Positions 44,415 through 62,219 of a stretch of DNA of 64,000 bases are shown here, in pieces; within the stretch, counting starts at the first letter, position 1, and every line of letters begins with the position of its first letter. Below the pieces are notes generated by a model, which was not told where the DNA came from, searched no databases, and saw only the letters and a program-made list of their open reading frames with translations. The position numbers and the translations under genes are program-made. The stretch comes from the human T2T-CHM13v2.0 reference genome, Homo sapiens. The stretch lies in NCBI RefSeq assembly GCF_009914755.1, contig NC_060933.1. One strand, written 5' to 3'.

Positions 44415-47400
44415 TAGGTTCAAGTTGAGAATTCTTGAACTCCTTGGAGATCCATGATGGAATGAGGTGGTAAGGGGAGAGCCCATCACCAGCCCTCCAC
44501 TTGTCCCTCTCCTCTTCCTATCCACAGTTCTATCCTGCACCATGAAGGGTCTCACGTGTCTGGGTGTAAACACTCCAGCCCCATACATACAAGCTCCTTC
44601 TACATTCCCTGCAAATAGCTACTTCTTGGCTACCCTCTGGACCTGGTAGTGTGTATATCAGTAACATAGTCTATCCTAGGAAGAACAAATCTGAGGAAGA
44701 GGCCCATAATGATATTGGAAGCTACTTGGGGGCATTTGGGCAGGAAATTCTCTGTTTTTCAATTCCTGAAATATGGTCTAGAAGAAAAGAATGAGTTCTG
44801 GGTGGGTGCTCCCTTGGTCCTGTGGACTTTTTTTTCCTGTGTCCAGAGATATGATTAGAGGAGGGCCAGATCAGGGTCATCTAAAACATGGGATGCAGGG
44901 CAAGGGCCCCAGTTGTCTGGACATAAGCATTGTCCTGGCCACTTGGCATCGCCTTTTGGTGGTGCCACCATGCTGTCTTGGAGGCCTATCTGGACCATCT
45001 GTACTGTACCGTATGCTCTGGGAGTGGTTCTGGCTGCCTAGGCTCACTTATTCTCGCTATTTTCTGCATCTTCCCAGGGTCTTTTTAATAAACTCCTTTT
45101 CTGTTGGAATCAGCCAGTGAGTTTCAGTGGCTTGCAAGTAAGAATCCTGATCCACACTTTTGTTTATTTGCCTTTTGTTTTTGGAGGAGAGGGGGAAGCT
45201 TCATGAAGACCAAGACCATATCTATCTTGTTCACTATCGTATCACCAGCACCTAGAATAGTGCCTGGAATGAATAAGTGTTCTGGGTTGCAGACAGTGAT
45301 GAGGCATCACTTTAGACGTGAGGGGTTTTCCCAGGGCTGGAAACCTATGTGATGGCAGCGCTGAGACTACTGGGGGCCTTACACTAACATTCAGAGTGAT
45401 ACTCTGGCACTCAGTGCTGCCATACCAGGAGCCATTTACGTAGACTACAGAGAGGATGGTGCCCCCTGGAGTTGTGCAGTGCTGCTGTCCTGCCTCACAG
45501 GTTTAAGTGTTCCTGACAGTGGTAGGGTTTCCTGAGAGGAATGGTGGCTTGATAGTAATGGGGGGACCTTGACATTAATGGGTGTCCTGTCAGCAATGAG
45601 GACATAATAGGCATTGGGACATCCTATCAGGAATGGGGGTTCCTCAACTGATGAGCACTTTGCAGTGTTGAGGCCCTGACAGAAGGGCTGGCTTCCTCTT
45701 GGGAGAGGACCCTTGAAATGATGGTTTGGCAGGAATGAGGTCGACGTGGTGATTGGGGTTTGGATTGTGTTAGGCTCAGATTTCCAGGGACTGGGATTCT
45801 GAGATCAAAAGCCCTAGGAGATCTGGTTGTCCCAGAATGGTAGTGTTCCTGTGGCTGGGGTGAAAGCTTTCCCACCTCTGCCAGGTTGGAGCCGAGGGTG
45901 GCTCACATCTTCTGCATCCCCCTGGAGCCACGGGGAAGACCCAAAGGCCCTAGAAGTAGGGTGGGGAGGCCTGATTCCCTCATCTACCCTGATCCTTAGA
46001 GGTTCTGTCCTTGCTGTTTTCCTCCAACCCTGCCCTGCCTGCCCCTGGCCCCTTGGGAGATGGAAGTGTCCCTCAGAAATGGGCCTTTTGAGAGTTGATG
46101 CTGCCTTGCTGCCCTCAGATGCTTTGCTCTTCAGAGGTCCTCTGCCACCTGCCGATCAGACGCCTGGCCCCACTCCTTTCCAGGAGCCCTGCCTGTCACA
46201 AGGTTCCTTGTCCTGCCTCTACCCCTACCCTCCAGATCCCCAGCACTCTTCCTACATTCCTCATTTCCTTTCAATATCACCAGGTCCTGGCATCTGATAC
46301 TCCCCTGGGAATAGGAGTAGGGTGGGCATTGCTGTAGCCCAATCCCCTTCTCTACTCCTCTGTTGTTGGGAAAACTGAGGCCTGAGTAAACTCCCTCTTT
46401 GAGGCTCTGGGGAAGCTGATGCTCCTTCTACTGCAGAGGCCCAGGAAGCTGGAAGCCCTCTAGGGTGTGTCTTTGTGTCTGGGTTCAAGTGTTAGGACCC
46501 CACCTTTGGCCACCAGCTTCCTCTCTTGTTTTTTCCCCAGCTCTTTCTAGCAAGCTGAGCTTTTCTACCCCAACTAGACTTCCCAGCCCCCAGCCCTCAG
46601 TCCAAGTGCTGCCCATCAGTCAGGCTTAGACTGCAATCCCAGCTTTGCCACTCACCAGTTGAGTTGACTTGGGAGGTCATTCTCCTCTGTGCTTCAAATT
46701 CCTTATACATAGAATGGTACTAATGATACCTCATGGGATCGTTTGAGGGTGCAGTGATGTAGTGCCAAGAAAGGACTCAGCTTGGAGACTCGCACATGGC
46801 CAGCACCCAAAAGTAGTGGCTTTCCCTATTTCCATGGGCTGCTTCTCCACATCTGGCCTTGCTGTACTGTTCTCCATTTGTAATTAGGAGATAGGTCAAC
46901 TCAGAGAAGTGGTATGTGTAATAGTTCAGAGTAGATATTCTGGAGCCAAACTGCCCAGACAGGAACGCCAGCTCTGCCTTTTTTCTAGTTGTCTATCCTG
47001 GGCAGGCGACTTAACCTCTGTACCTCAGTTTTCTCAGCTGCAACATAAGAATGGTAATAGCACTTAAAGCAGTGCCCAGTACCTGGTAAGCGTCAGTGGT
47101 GAATTAGCTAATACTCAGAGCCATGTCCTTCCATGTGGACAAAGTCTCAGGGATCACCTAGGAAGTTATCTGACTGGAGAAATGCCTGCTGATTCCTACA
47201 GAGGGGCACTTGCAGGAAATTTCCCAATTAGGAGTCCTGAGCCTTCATGAAACTGTTATATCTAAGGTTTTCTGGTGGTTTCTGAGTTTCCCGTAGCCTA
47301 GAAGGAGGGAGTGACATGGAGCTTGCCTGCCGAGAAGTTGAATATGAGATGATCAAAACCGTATGAAGCTGGCTCTGAACAAACGCTCAACCACACAACA

Positions 47401-50400
47401 GAGATAGCCCCAGCTGTCTTGAGAACTGGATGTGCTCCTGGTGGGGGGCGGGGCATGGTGGGAAAAGGCCATGTTCAGTTCCATTTTTGTTAATCATATG
47501 TGTATTGGGGCTTATTTCATGCCAGACCCTGGCAGAGCAATGTTAGCAATGGAGTTGGATGAGGCCCAACCTCTCCCTTGGGAGCTCCCTCAACAAATAG
47601 GAAAGGGAGATTTTCATCCCCCAAAGGCTAAGAGCAACCTGAGAAGGGATGTCAGATACTTTTAGGGAGATATTGGCTGCTGAGATATTGGCCTTTAGGA
47701 TGGGAGGTATCACCCAGCTGCAGGCCTTGAACCTGTAACAGATGCCATGTGCGCTAGAGAAGAAGGTGTCTATCTATAGGCAGGCAACAAGGCCTCCACA
47801 TCCTAACTGGGAAGCTAGGAGTCCACACCACTCCTCAGAGATCTGACAATCTCTGGTGGGCTCCTGGCCCACCAGAACTCTGGATAAATGAAAATGCAAC
47901 AATTGTCAGTGACTCACCGTGAAAGAGGAAGCAGATGTTGATTAAATGTAGTCACAGTGCTGAGAATGTTAGAGTGGGGCAGGATGCTCAGTTGCTCCAA
48001 TTGCTCAGATTGCTGGGCAATTGTACCTGGCAGGGAGATAAGGGGGTAAGACCCAGTGCCCAGGATGGGTTGGTATGGTTGGGGGGTGGGAAAAAGAGGA
48101 AGGCAGAAAGCTAGGATGGAAAGCATTGGCTGTAGAAGGGGTGGGGAGGGTTGCATGCCAGCTCCCCTGGGACTCTGGTGTCCACCCCTTCAGATTTCCT
48201 CCAAGTTCTTCATTTCCCAGGCTTCCAGGGTCAATTGAATCCAAGGCACTTCACTAGCTCCTAGATTATTTTCTCTTTTTATGAGCCTCAGCATCTCCTT
48301 TGATCTCAGAGGGTGGCCCCAGGGAGAGTTTTCTGTATGTGCAAGACTTTGTGGGGTGTCTATGCAAATGCTGGCGGTTTAGCATGAGAACCAAAGATTC
48401 AGGAGCCAAGTCTTTGTTTGGAAGGAGTCTCAAAAATCAAGCTCCTCTCTCCCATCTGACAAATGGGGAAACTGGATCTCCGGGTGCAGAGTGGAAAAGG
48501 AACTTGCCCAGAGTCACACAATGAGTGGGGCAGAGACAGGATCATGGGACTCTGGCCCAGGCAGTGAATTCAGGATTTGCTCTGTACCTCCTGGCGGCAG
48601 TGTCATGGAGGTAGCGTCCAGGGGCCCCTATCCTGGTAGCATCTTCTTCAAGGTTCCCACTCTCACCTGCCCTGCTCCGTCTGTGTGTTCCTCCGATAGT
48701 CCAGAAAGATCACTTTTGTTGCTTCTGTGGCAGGCTGACTTCCTCTAAATGTCACTGGCACTGAGAAGGATTTCAGGCAATGTGCTCCCCTCCCATGTGT
48801 GTTTGTCCTCTGAGACACCAGCCTGCTGGGATGCGGGGCACGGGGTCCACAGCTGGGAGACCTAGAACGCCATGGCTGGCTGGCTTGGTGGATGGATGAA
48901 AGAATGGCTGGGTGGGAAGTGCGTGAGTGGACAGTTGGCTGGATGGAGGTCTGATGAATGCAGAAACAGCTGAATGAATGGATGCATGGATGCATGAATG
49001 GATGGGTTATTGCAGCTTTTCTTGAAAACTATCCCTATCCCTCCCACCCACCTGGTATTCCAGGTGATTCTGAGACCTGGGATACCCAAGGTTTTGAGCA
49101 CCTGCATCTGGGAGCAGAGGAGAGGAAGAGGATGTCATGCTCTCAGTGAGGAGGGGCTTTCACAACTCCCTCACCATTTCTCCCTTTTCAAGGCCTGCCC
49201 AGGCCTGGTTTTGTTGCTGGCTGACGTATACCCGATATAATGACACCTCTCTTCCCAAGCAAGGGTGCTCAATCTGGCCTCCTTGCTGTCATCTGACCCC
49301 AGTGGCACAGCCTTGTCACTCCCAGCTGGAGAGGCCCTTAGAGAACACTGTCTGGAGGCTAGCCTGCTTCCCCAGGAGACTTCTCAAGTACGAGGCACTC
49401 ACTCTGTACAGAGAAGCCCTGTGGGATGCTCCAAGAGTCACACGGCTCTCATCTCCCAGAGCTGAGATTCCTTTCTGGTCTCATCTGGGGAGATGTCTCT
49501 GGTCTCAGTGTTGCCTTTGAGCCCTGGAGCCCATGTAGACTGTAGGGGTGGTGGTAGGGCTCCTCTATGTGGAATCTCCTGTGCTTCCCTGGCTACTCCT
49601 TCTTCCACCCCGTGGGCCTCTCTCCTGTCTCTGACCTCTGACTCCCAGGTCTGTCTGTCGGTGTCCCTGAGAGGCATGGCCCCAGGATTGCAAAGATGGG
49701 GCTGGACCTTGCTCAGTTTGGCTGAGAGAGGAAGGCTGGCCTGGAGGTCAGATTCTGTATGGACAGAATGAACAGATGGACCCTCAGCCCTGGCTGCTGA
49801 GCCTTTCCTCACATATTTATTCATTCTCTAAACAAATATTTATTGAGGGACTGCCTTGTGCCAAGCAGCATGCTGGACACCACAAAAACAGTGGAACCCA
49901 AAATAGATGTGATCCCAGTCCAAGAACATGGACAAATTTGGACAAACCAGCAACTATAAGTCAGGGTGATGAATGCTGTGAGGGGCCACTGCAGGAGGCT
50001 ACCTAACCCAGCCTGGGGTCAGGGAAGGCTTCCTGGAGGAAGAGGCGTCTGGACCCAGATGGGAAGCCAGGTGGGCAGAGGAGAGAGAAGAGTGTGCCAG
50101 ACCAAGGGAAGGGCATGGGTGGATGGGTATTTTCCCCCAGGCAGTAGAGCTGGGCCCTTTGCCCCACTCCACCTCCCCCAGCCGTGAGAGCTGGTTCCCC
50201 ACAACTCCCTTCCCCCCAGTGACACTGGATTCCTTAGACACCTGGATGCTTGAACACCTGCCTTGGAGAGCAAAGAGTGGGAGGCATGAGACGCTGGCTC
50301 ATTCAGGGAACTGACCCAAGCTTAGTGTCGCTGAACTATGGAAAGCAATGAGGCTGATCCTGAGAGCATCAGGTTGTTAAGTGGAGGTGAGCAAGGAGAC

Positions 50401-50515
50401 CCCCTAGGCCACAGAAGAGAAAATAGATCCTGCCATTCCACCTCCCCCTTCCTATTCCTGTCCACCTGGCTAGACAGCAAACGGACAGCAGACAGATCTA
50501 TGGGTGCCAGGTGCC

Positions 50516-50608
50516 TTTTTTTTTTTTTTTAAGGCTAGTTAAGCAGTAGGAGTGGAGAAAGAACAAAGAAATCTGTAACAGGTTGTGATCAATTAGTTGT
50601 AAACACCA
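50516..50608 (-). pseudogene. 5'-truncated hY3 (RNY3) RNA retropseudogene with A-tail
   Basis: Minus strand TGGTGTTTACAACTAATTGATCACAACCTGTTACAGATTTCTTTGTTCTTTCTCCACTCCTACTGCTTAACTAGCCTT plus A15 matches the hY3 sequence. Imperfect target-site duplication. Confidence 0.9.
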
Positions 50609-50614
50609 GGCGGC

Positions 50615-50620
50615 TTTATT
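50615..50620 (-). terminator. CCL19: CCL19 polyA signal AATAAA
   Basis: TTTATT on the + strand, about 220 nt past the stop. Confidence 0.85.
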
Positions 50621-50841
50621 GGTAGCATTGCAATCTGGGGGTGGAGCAGCTTTACTCTGACCACACTCACCCTCTCGCTCACACTCACACTCACACACAC
50701 CCCAGGCCCTGTCCTGGCTGGTCAGGTCTGGTGCAGAGGAGCTGGAAGCCTGGTCCTTCCTTCTGGTCCTCGGTTCCCCAGGTTAGGTAATAATTCACAA
50801 TGCTTGACTCGGACTCCGGGCTCCCTCTGCACGGTCATAGG

Positions 50842-51443
50842 TTAACTGCTGCGGCGCTTCATCTAGAGGAGGAAGGAGAGGAAGGATCATGGGCTGGAAT
50901 CTTAGACAGGAGCTCAGAGGGAGGAGACAGGGCCAGGGAGGGCCAGGCTTGCCTTGGCTGAGGTCCTCTGCAGTCTCTGGATGATGCGTTCTACCCAGGG
51001 CTGGTCTGGGGGTGCACAGAGCTGGCGGCCCCTCAGTGTGGTGAACCTGGGGTGAGAGGCCGGAGAGAATGGAGCCCCAGAATCCAGCATGCCTGGGGAC
51101 CATGTCTGGGAACCTGTTTCAGGGATTTCCTTGAAGGGGTTGGGCTTGGCATGGAGAAGGGGAATAAGAAGGTGGGAGTCTCAACAGGGGCTAAAACGGG
51201 AGATGAGGCTAGACACCCTCCCCACAACTCACACTACAGCAGGCACCCTGCAGCCATCCTTGATGAGAAGGTAGTGGAAGTTCCTCACGATGTACCCAGG
51301 GATGGGTTTCTGGGTCACAGACAGGCAGCAGTCTTCAGCATCATTGGTGCCACTCAGAGTTGGGGCTGGGATGGGGAAAGAAGGTGACAGGACACAGGGA
51401 CCCTTGAGGGTGGCATGGCCATGGCCCTAGCTCGGATTGAGGA

Positions 51444-51495
<52 letters not shown>

Positions 51496-52164
51496 TGGTG
51501 GGGTCGGGGAGGAGTTAGACCTGGTATTCAGCCATTATGCACCAATATGGCTCTGGCTCTACTGGTTGCTAAATATATTGTCATACTTCTAAACTGTTTT
51601 GTAAATAACCACTGCCCTGAGCCCCACAAATGACTTCCTGCTGCCCTGATCACCCCAACCTCTCTCCCAGGACAATCCAGCAAGTAAAGAGTTAATGCAG
51701 GTCACAGTGTGGGAGGGGCGTGGGGTAGGGTAGGCTGGTGTTAGGAGCCTTATTAATTGCTAAAATTTTTGAATATCAGCCTTGGCTTAGTGTCTGCCAT
51801 TCTCCCTACCTTAAGCAAATCTCCTTCTGCCTGGGAAACGGAGGCAGCAGGAAATAGAGCTTGCAGAGACAGTCACAGCCATAGGCCCCAGGATGTGCTA
51901 AAAGACACACCCGCATTGGGATTCAGGGGCACAGGGACACCCACACTTACAGGCACACATGCAGGGACCTGCCAGGCTCACCGAAATATACAGACCTAAG
52001 CATTTGCCTGAACTCACCATGTCCCTTACGTCCAGTGCCAAGCAATCTGAGATCTAGACATTACCCACTGCCAGCCCCCCACTGCCTCTGACCCTGACTC
52101 TCCCTTCAGCCTTACCTGGGGAAGTCCAGAGAACCAGCAGGCTGAGGGCCAGTAGCAGGGCCAT
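50842..52164 (-). CDS. CCL19: C-C motif chemokine 19 (MIP-3beta/ELC), 98 aa
   Basis: Exons 52164-52116, 51365-51233, 51046-50953, 50862-50842 (49+133+94+21=297 nt). MALLLALSLLVLWTSPAPTLSGTNDAEDCC...MKRRSS*. Intron 3 is GC-AG. Confidence 0.98.
51448..51494. repeat. (TG)~23 microsatellite in CCL19 intron 1
   Basis: Directly visible. Confidence 0.95.
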
Positions 52165-52322
52165 GGAGGGTGAACAGAGGCAGGCCAACGGTGAATGTGT
52201 GAGCGCCAGCTGTCTGGGTGTGTGCAGGATCTGTGTGAGGCTGCAGGGCGACTGGGATGCAGGGGTGAAATGCAAGGTGTGAGTGATGTGAGGCTGGGAA
52301 TGTGAGCCCTGCAGCTGACTCC

Positions 52323-52364
52323 TATTTATGGCCAGAGCTTCACTTTCTCTGCCTGAAATTCCCC
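52323..52364 (-). promoter_or_regulatory. CCL19: CCL19 proximal promoter: TATA-like box, ISRE-like and NF-kB sites
   Basis: Minus strand: ATAAATA at 52323-52329, GAGAAAGTGAAGC at 52337-52349, GGGGAATTTC at 52355-52364. Confidence 0.8.
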
Positions 52365-53770
52365 TTCATGTCCCATTCTGTGATTCCCCTGTTGCCCCCC
52401 TCTTTCTGGCAGAATCGCACCCTGCCCCCCTTCTTCCCCCTGCGGTTGCCCTTTCCTTCTGCTTTCCTTGGCTCCTGCTCTGAGAACTTAAGTCTGCAGT
52501 CTGGCCCAGTAAAGGGGGCTGTGCACTGTTTCTCCAGAGAGAGGGATTGCCCTGTCATCCCATTGATGGCATTTGCATCATCAACCATGAAGCTGGGGTT
52601 CAGAAGTGATGGTCAAAGGTGGGGCCCACAGTGAGGAACTGTGCTCCCTTCCTTAGGTTTATCCCTTGTCCTCACTGGTGCTTCTTTCTTGGGCTGGTGG
52701 TGAAGAAGGCTCCCTGGCACCCTCAGGACAACCATGAGATCCTGGGGTGGCCTCCAAGGTCATCACTGTGCCTGCCCACTATGTGGGAACCAGTCCTTCC
52801 CTTGGGGCAAGCAGAGCTGAAAGGCCAGGTACCTTGGGAGGAGGCCCAGGACCCCCATCCCACATCTCAGGCCTCTGGGGCTCAGCAAACCCTCCCCTTC
52901 CTCTATTTACTGTTTTCCTATGTCCAACACCTGGGTCAAAGGAACAGCTGGAGGGAGACTGGCTTGGAATAGCCCCCTTCATTTTCCCCCTTTTCTCAGT
53001 CCTGGGAACCAAGAGGGGATTTCTAAGGAGAGGGGCTGGCCAGCTCATATTCAGACAAATCTTAAAATTTCAAGGAATCGGCCGATGGGGGAGGGGACAA
53101 GTGACTTCCCATCCTTATGAGAAAGGTCAGAAGAGAAGGCCTTGAAAGAGAAACTAAATGTGAAACGCCCAGTCACCCGTCGTCACCCAAACCCTAGACC
53201 CTCTTTTGGATGGAGAGAGGGAGGGGGAACATTTCCCTCTTAAATTTCTGACTTAGCTTCTTTCCATTCATTAATCATAATAATAGTAATGGTATTTTTG
53301 ATTGTTTACTATGTGCTAGGCTCTATGTCAAGGACTTTACCACTATTACCTTGCTTAACTTTCCCAAAACAATACCATTGATGTAGTTTTTCTTATTTTC
53401 ACATTATTATTCTTATTTTACACATAAGGAACATGAGGCTCAGAGCACAAAGCCACACAGCTAGTAAGTACTGGAGCATGATTTGGACCCAGGTGTGCTC
53501 TAGGGTTTGCAGTCTTTACCTCCACTCCACACCTCCTGTCTGCCACTTGGTCATGGCACAGCACGGGTAGTCACGGTGCAGAGGAGGGAGACTCTGCAGA
53601 CAGAGCGCCTAGCTTGGGATTCAGATTCCACCACTTACTAACTGCGACAAGGTGAAAATTCTCCAGTTTCTGTGTCTTAGTGTCCTTATTTGTAAAATGG
53701 GAATGGTAGAAGATCTACTTCTTAGGATTAAGTGAGGAACCCTGAGTAAAGCCCTTAGCTTAGAGGCTGA

Positions 53771-54184
<414 letters not shown>

Positions 54185-55247
54185 TGATCTATCCATTCTT
54201 CTGTCCATGATGGTTCTGGTTATTCTGTTTGCCCCAGCCTATCCATTCTCCACTCTTCACGGCCCTGCTCTGCTCCCTGGAAGGCTGACCTCTGCAGATA
54301 GCATTACTTAGGGTCACCTGCTTTCTGGCTTCTGTTTGGGGCTGGCCCATGGGAAGCAGCAACTGATCAGTGGTGGAAGGAGAGAGGGGTATTAATTCCC
54401 CAAATCCTTCATCTTGCTGCAGTTCTGGCAGTGAATAATTTCCCCTGTGGCAGTTGTTCTCAAAGAGTAGCCTTTGGGCAGCAGCAGCAGCATCACTTGG
54501 GAGCTTGTTAGAAACACGAATTCTTAGATTTTACTTCCCACTTACCACATCTGAGACTCTGAGGATGGGGTCCAGCAAACTGCATTTTCACATACCCTCC
54601 AAGTGACTCTGATATGTGCTAAAGTTTGAGATCCAAACGAGCCTCAGGGATACCATCAAATATACCTCATCACAGGAGTCTCAGGAGGAGAATAGAGAGA
54701 ACAGGGCATTAAAAAAATTGAAGAAATAATGACAAAACATCTGAAATCTGATGAAAAGTATGTATATACATATCCAAGAAGTTCATTACGCCTGGCCTGC
54801 TATGTTGTTATGTTTATCAGAGATCTTTGTTTCTTTGTGTGGCTGTAAGTTATTACTTTTTGTCCTTTTGTTTCATTCTGAAGGTCTCCCTTTAGCATTT
54901 CTTTGTTTGTTTTTTGTTTTTTCTTTCTCCCTTTAGCTTTTCTTATGGGCAGATGTACTATTAATGAACTTCCTAAGTTTTGTTTATCCAGAACAGGAGT
55001 TTGAGACAAGCCTGGCCAACATGGTGAAACCCCATCTCAACTCCTGACTACTCAGCTACTCAGGAGGCTGAGGCAGGAGAATCCCAAGGCTCACCTTGGC
55101 CTCCCAAAGTGGTCTACAGATTGAGGCCCACTGATCTACAGTGATCCTTTTGGGTTGCCTCCCTTCCACGGGTCTATCTCTATTCTTTTTTTTTTTTTTT
55201 TTTTTTTTTTTTTGATACAGAGTCTCAATATGTCACCCAGGCTCTAG

Positions 55248-55731
<484 letters not shown>

Positions 55732-55945
55732 TGATCCACCCGCCTCGGCCTCCCAAAGTGCTGGGATGACAGGCTTTGGAAACACTGTTCCCTCCTCTTG
55801 CCCCTTCAAGCCTTTGTATGATAATGGTTTCTCACCATTGCTAGACCCCAACTGCCTATCATCCCATGTTAGTTCCTTAATCCTGACCTAATCTCTTAAA
55901 TTGTCCCTTTATTAAAATCTTTCCAGTTAAATTTTTTTTGAGTGT

Positions 55946-56845
55946 ATGTGATATTGTGAAATATATATCTGGTCTTCATCTTCCTTTTCTGACATATAGC
56001 TCCTAAAATCCTTGGAATCTTGGGAGAGATTGTGTCTTTTGTATGCTAATGAGATAACTGGTGGCTGGGGGCCTCTAGACAGCCTCTGGATGGGAGCTAG
56101 TCAGCAGAAGAACCAGCCACATGGTTAGAGAGTTGGAACATTCTCTAACATTCTGTAGTGGTGGGGAGTCCCACCCACTCCCCACCTCTGGGTAGGGGAA
56201 GAGGGGTTGAAACTTGAGTTGATAAACCAATGGCTGATGATGTAATCAATTATACCTAGGTACTGATACTTCCATTAAAAACCCGAAAGGACTAAGTTGG
56301 GGTGGGGGCTTCTGGATAGCTGAAAACATGGAGGTTCTGGAGGAGGGTGCCCAGAGAGGGCATGAAAGCTCCACACCTTTTTTTCCCCATACCTCACTCT
56401 ATGCATCCCTTTCATCTGGCTGTTTATCTGTTCTTTGTAATATCCTTTATAATAAATGGGTAAGCATAAGTAAGTGTTTCTCTGACTTCTGTGAGCCGCT
56501 GTAGCAAATTAATTGAACCCCAGGTGGGTTGTGGAAACCCTTATTTATAGCTGGTCAGTCAGAAGCATAGGCCACACTCTGTGCTTGCAATTGGTATCTG
56601 AAGTAGGGGGGCAGTCTTGTGGAACTGAACCCTCAACTTGTGGGATCTGATGCTACCTCCAGGTAAATGATGTCAGAATTGAACTGAATTAGGGGACACC
56701 CATCTGGTGTCCACTGAGGAACTGTCTGCCAGATAATTTCTTGGTGGGGAGAAATCCCCACACACTTATGGGTACCCAGAGGTCACAGAAGTATTGAGTG
56801 GTGAGAGGGAGTAGAGAGTAGGGAAACATGGTTTTCCCTGTATCC
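55946..56845 (+). mobile_element. MER21-like LTR
   Basis: tgtgatattgtgaaatatatat...ctcctaaaatccttggaatc...gtcagaattgaactgaatt. Confidence 0.65.
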
Positions 56846-60605
<3,760 letters not shown>

Positions 60606-60744
60606 ATCGTATAGTGCAAAGCTGGCGGAGAGGTTTTAATTCAATTTCAATACCATCTGCCTGGAGTGCCTGTTGGGAAGGACCCTGAGAATCAGCAGGA
60701 AAGGGTGAAATAATGAAATAATAATAAAGAAGGCATCTGTTACA

Positions 60745-61830
60745 CATTCATTCAATAAATATTTATTGAGGGCCTCCTATGTGCCAGACACCGTTCTTGG
60801 CACTGAGATACAGCAGTAAGCACAACAGATACGCGTTCCTGCTCTTGCAGAGTTGTTATGCTAATGAAAGAGACAAACAATAAGCAAACAAGAAAAATCT
60901 ATACTATCTCAGATGGCAATAAGTGCTATGAAGAAAAATAAAGAAGGCAAGAGGGATAGGGAGTATTGAGGGAGGGGGTTATTTTAAATAAGGCAGTCAG
61001 GAAAACCTTTACTAATAACATTTGAGCAGAGAGCTGACCTGATGAAGGTGAGGGAGAAATCCATGCAGAGGTCTGTGGGAAGATGTTCTGGGTAGAGAAA
61101 ACAGCAAGGGCAAAGAGTCAAGAGTGTATCTGAGGAATAGCAAGGAGGCCAAAAGGGGAGGGTGGTAGGAGATATACAGTCAGATAATAACAGGGGCCAG
61201 ATAACACAGGGTTTTGTAGGCCACTGTTATATTCCGCGGAGTGAGATGGGGAGCTATTGGAAGGTATTGAACAAGTATGATGTGACATAAACTCGCTCTA
61301 GCTGTTGAATGGAGAGTAGATCAAACTGGTGCAAGAATGGAAGCAGGGAGACCAGGGTGGAGGCCGTTGCAACAATCCAGGGAGGAGATGATGGTGCATG
61401 GAGTTGGTGAGAAGTGCTCAGATTCTGGAAACAAAGTAGAGCCAATAGACTTTGCTGAGGGGTTCAGCATAGGATATGAGAGAAAGAAGAGGAGAGAATA
61501 CTGCAAAATTTTTGACTTGAGAAACTTGGATATAATTTTAGTTAACAAGATGAGGATGATTGAAGAGGAGTGGGTTTGTGGGGAGATCAGGACCCTGGTA
61601 TAGACTTAAGTTGAAGCTGCATGTTGGGCATATTAATGGAAATGTTAAGTAGGTAGCTGGGATGAGTCTGGAGTTCAGGGAAGAGATTCTAGCTGAAGAC
61701 ACACATTTGGGAGTAAATGGATGGTACTTAAAGGTATGAGACAATGAGGTCACCAAGAGAGTGAGTGTAGATAGAAGAGGTCCAAGTTCTAAGTCCTGGA
61801 CCTCTCCAACATGAACAGATCAGGAAGAGA
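60745..61830. mobile_element. L2 element
   Basis: cattcattcaataaatatttattgag...ctatgtgccagacaccgttc terminal motif followed by typical L2 body. Confidence 0.75.
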
Positions 61831-62219
61831 AACAGGAATCAGGGAAGGAGGTGGCAGTCAGGGTGTTCCGAAGGTACCCACTATCATGGCAAAAAGGGAA
61901 AGGACACAGGCCCGGTGTGTGAAGTGTTTAAGGCACCTACCCACAGCTGTTGGTTTAGATAATCCAATGGGGGTGGGGGACTGGAGGTCAGGGAGGTGTT
62001 TGAAACAGTTTCTGACCACAGGTACAGAGGCATCAGCGCTACGTGCTTCGCCTTGTTCACCCTCTTCCCAGCCAAGTCGTTTATACAGGGTTCTTGGTTC
62101 AGCCTGAGTCCTGGGAATCTTGTTCCAGCTCAGGGCGATCAACCCATTCAGCCCAGCCTAGCCTCATCCTTTTTTCAAGGAGCCTGCCCAACTTTCGTGC
62201 TCCAGGTCTGGCCAAATCC

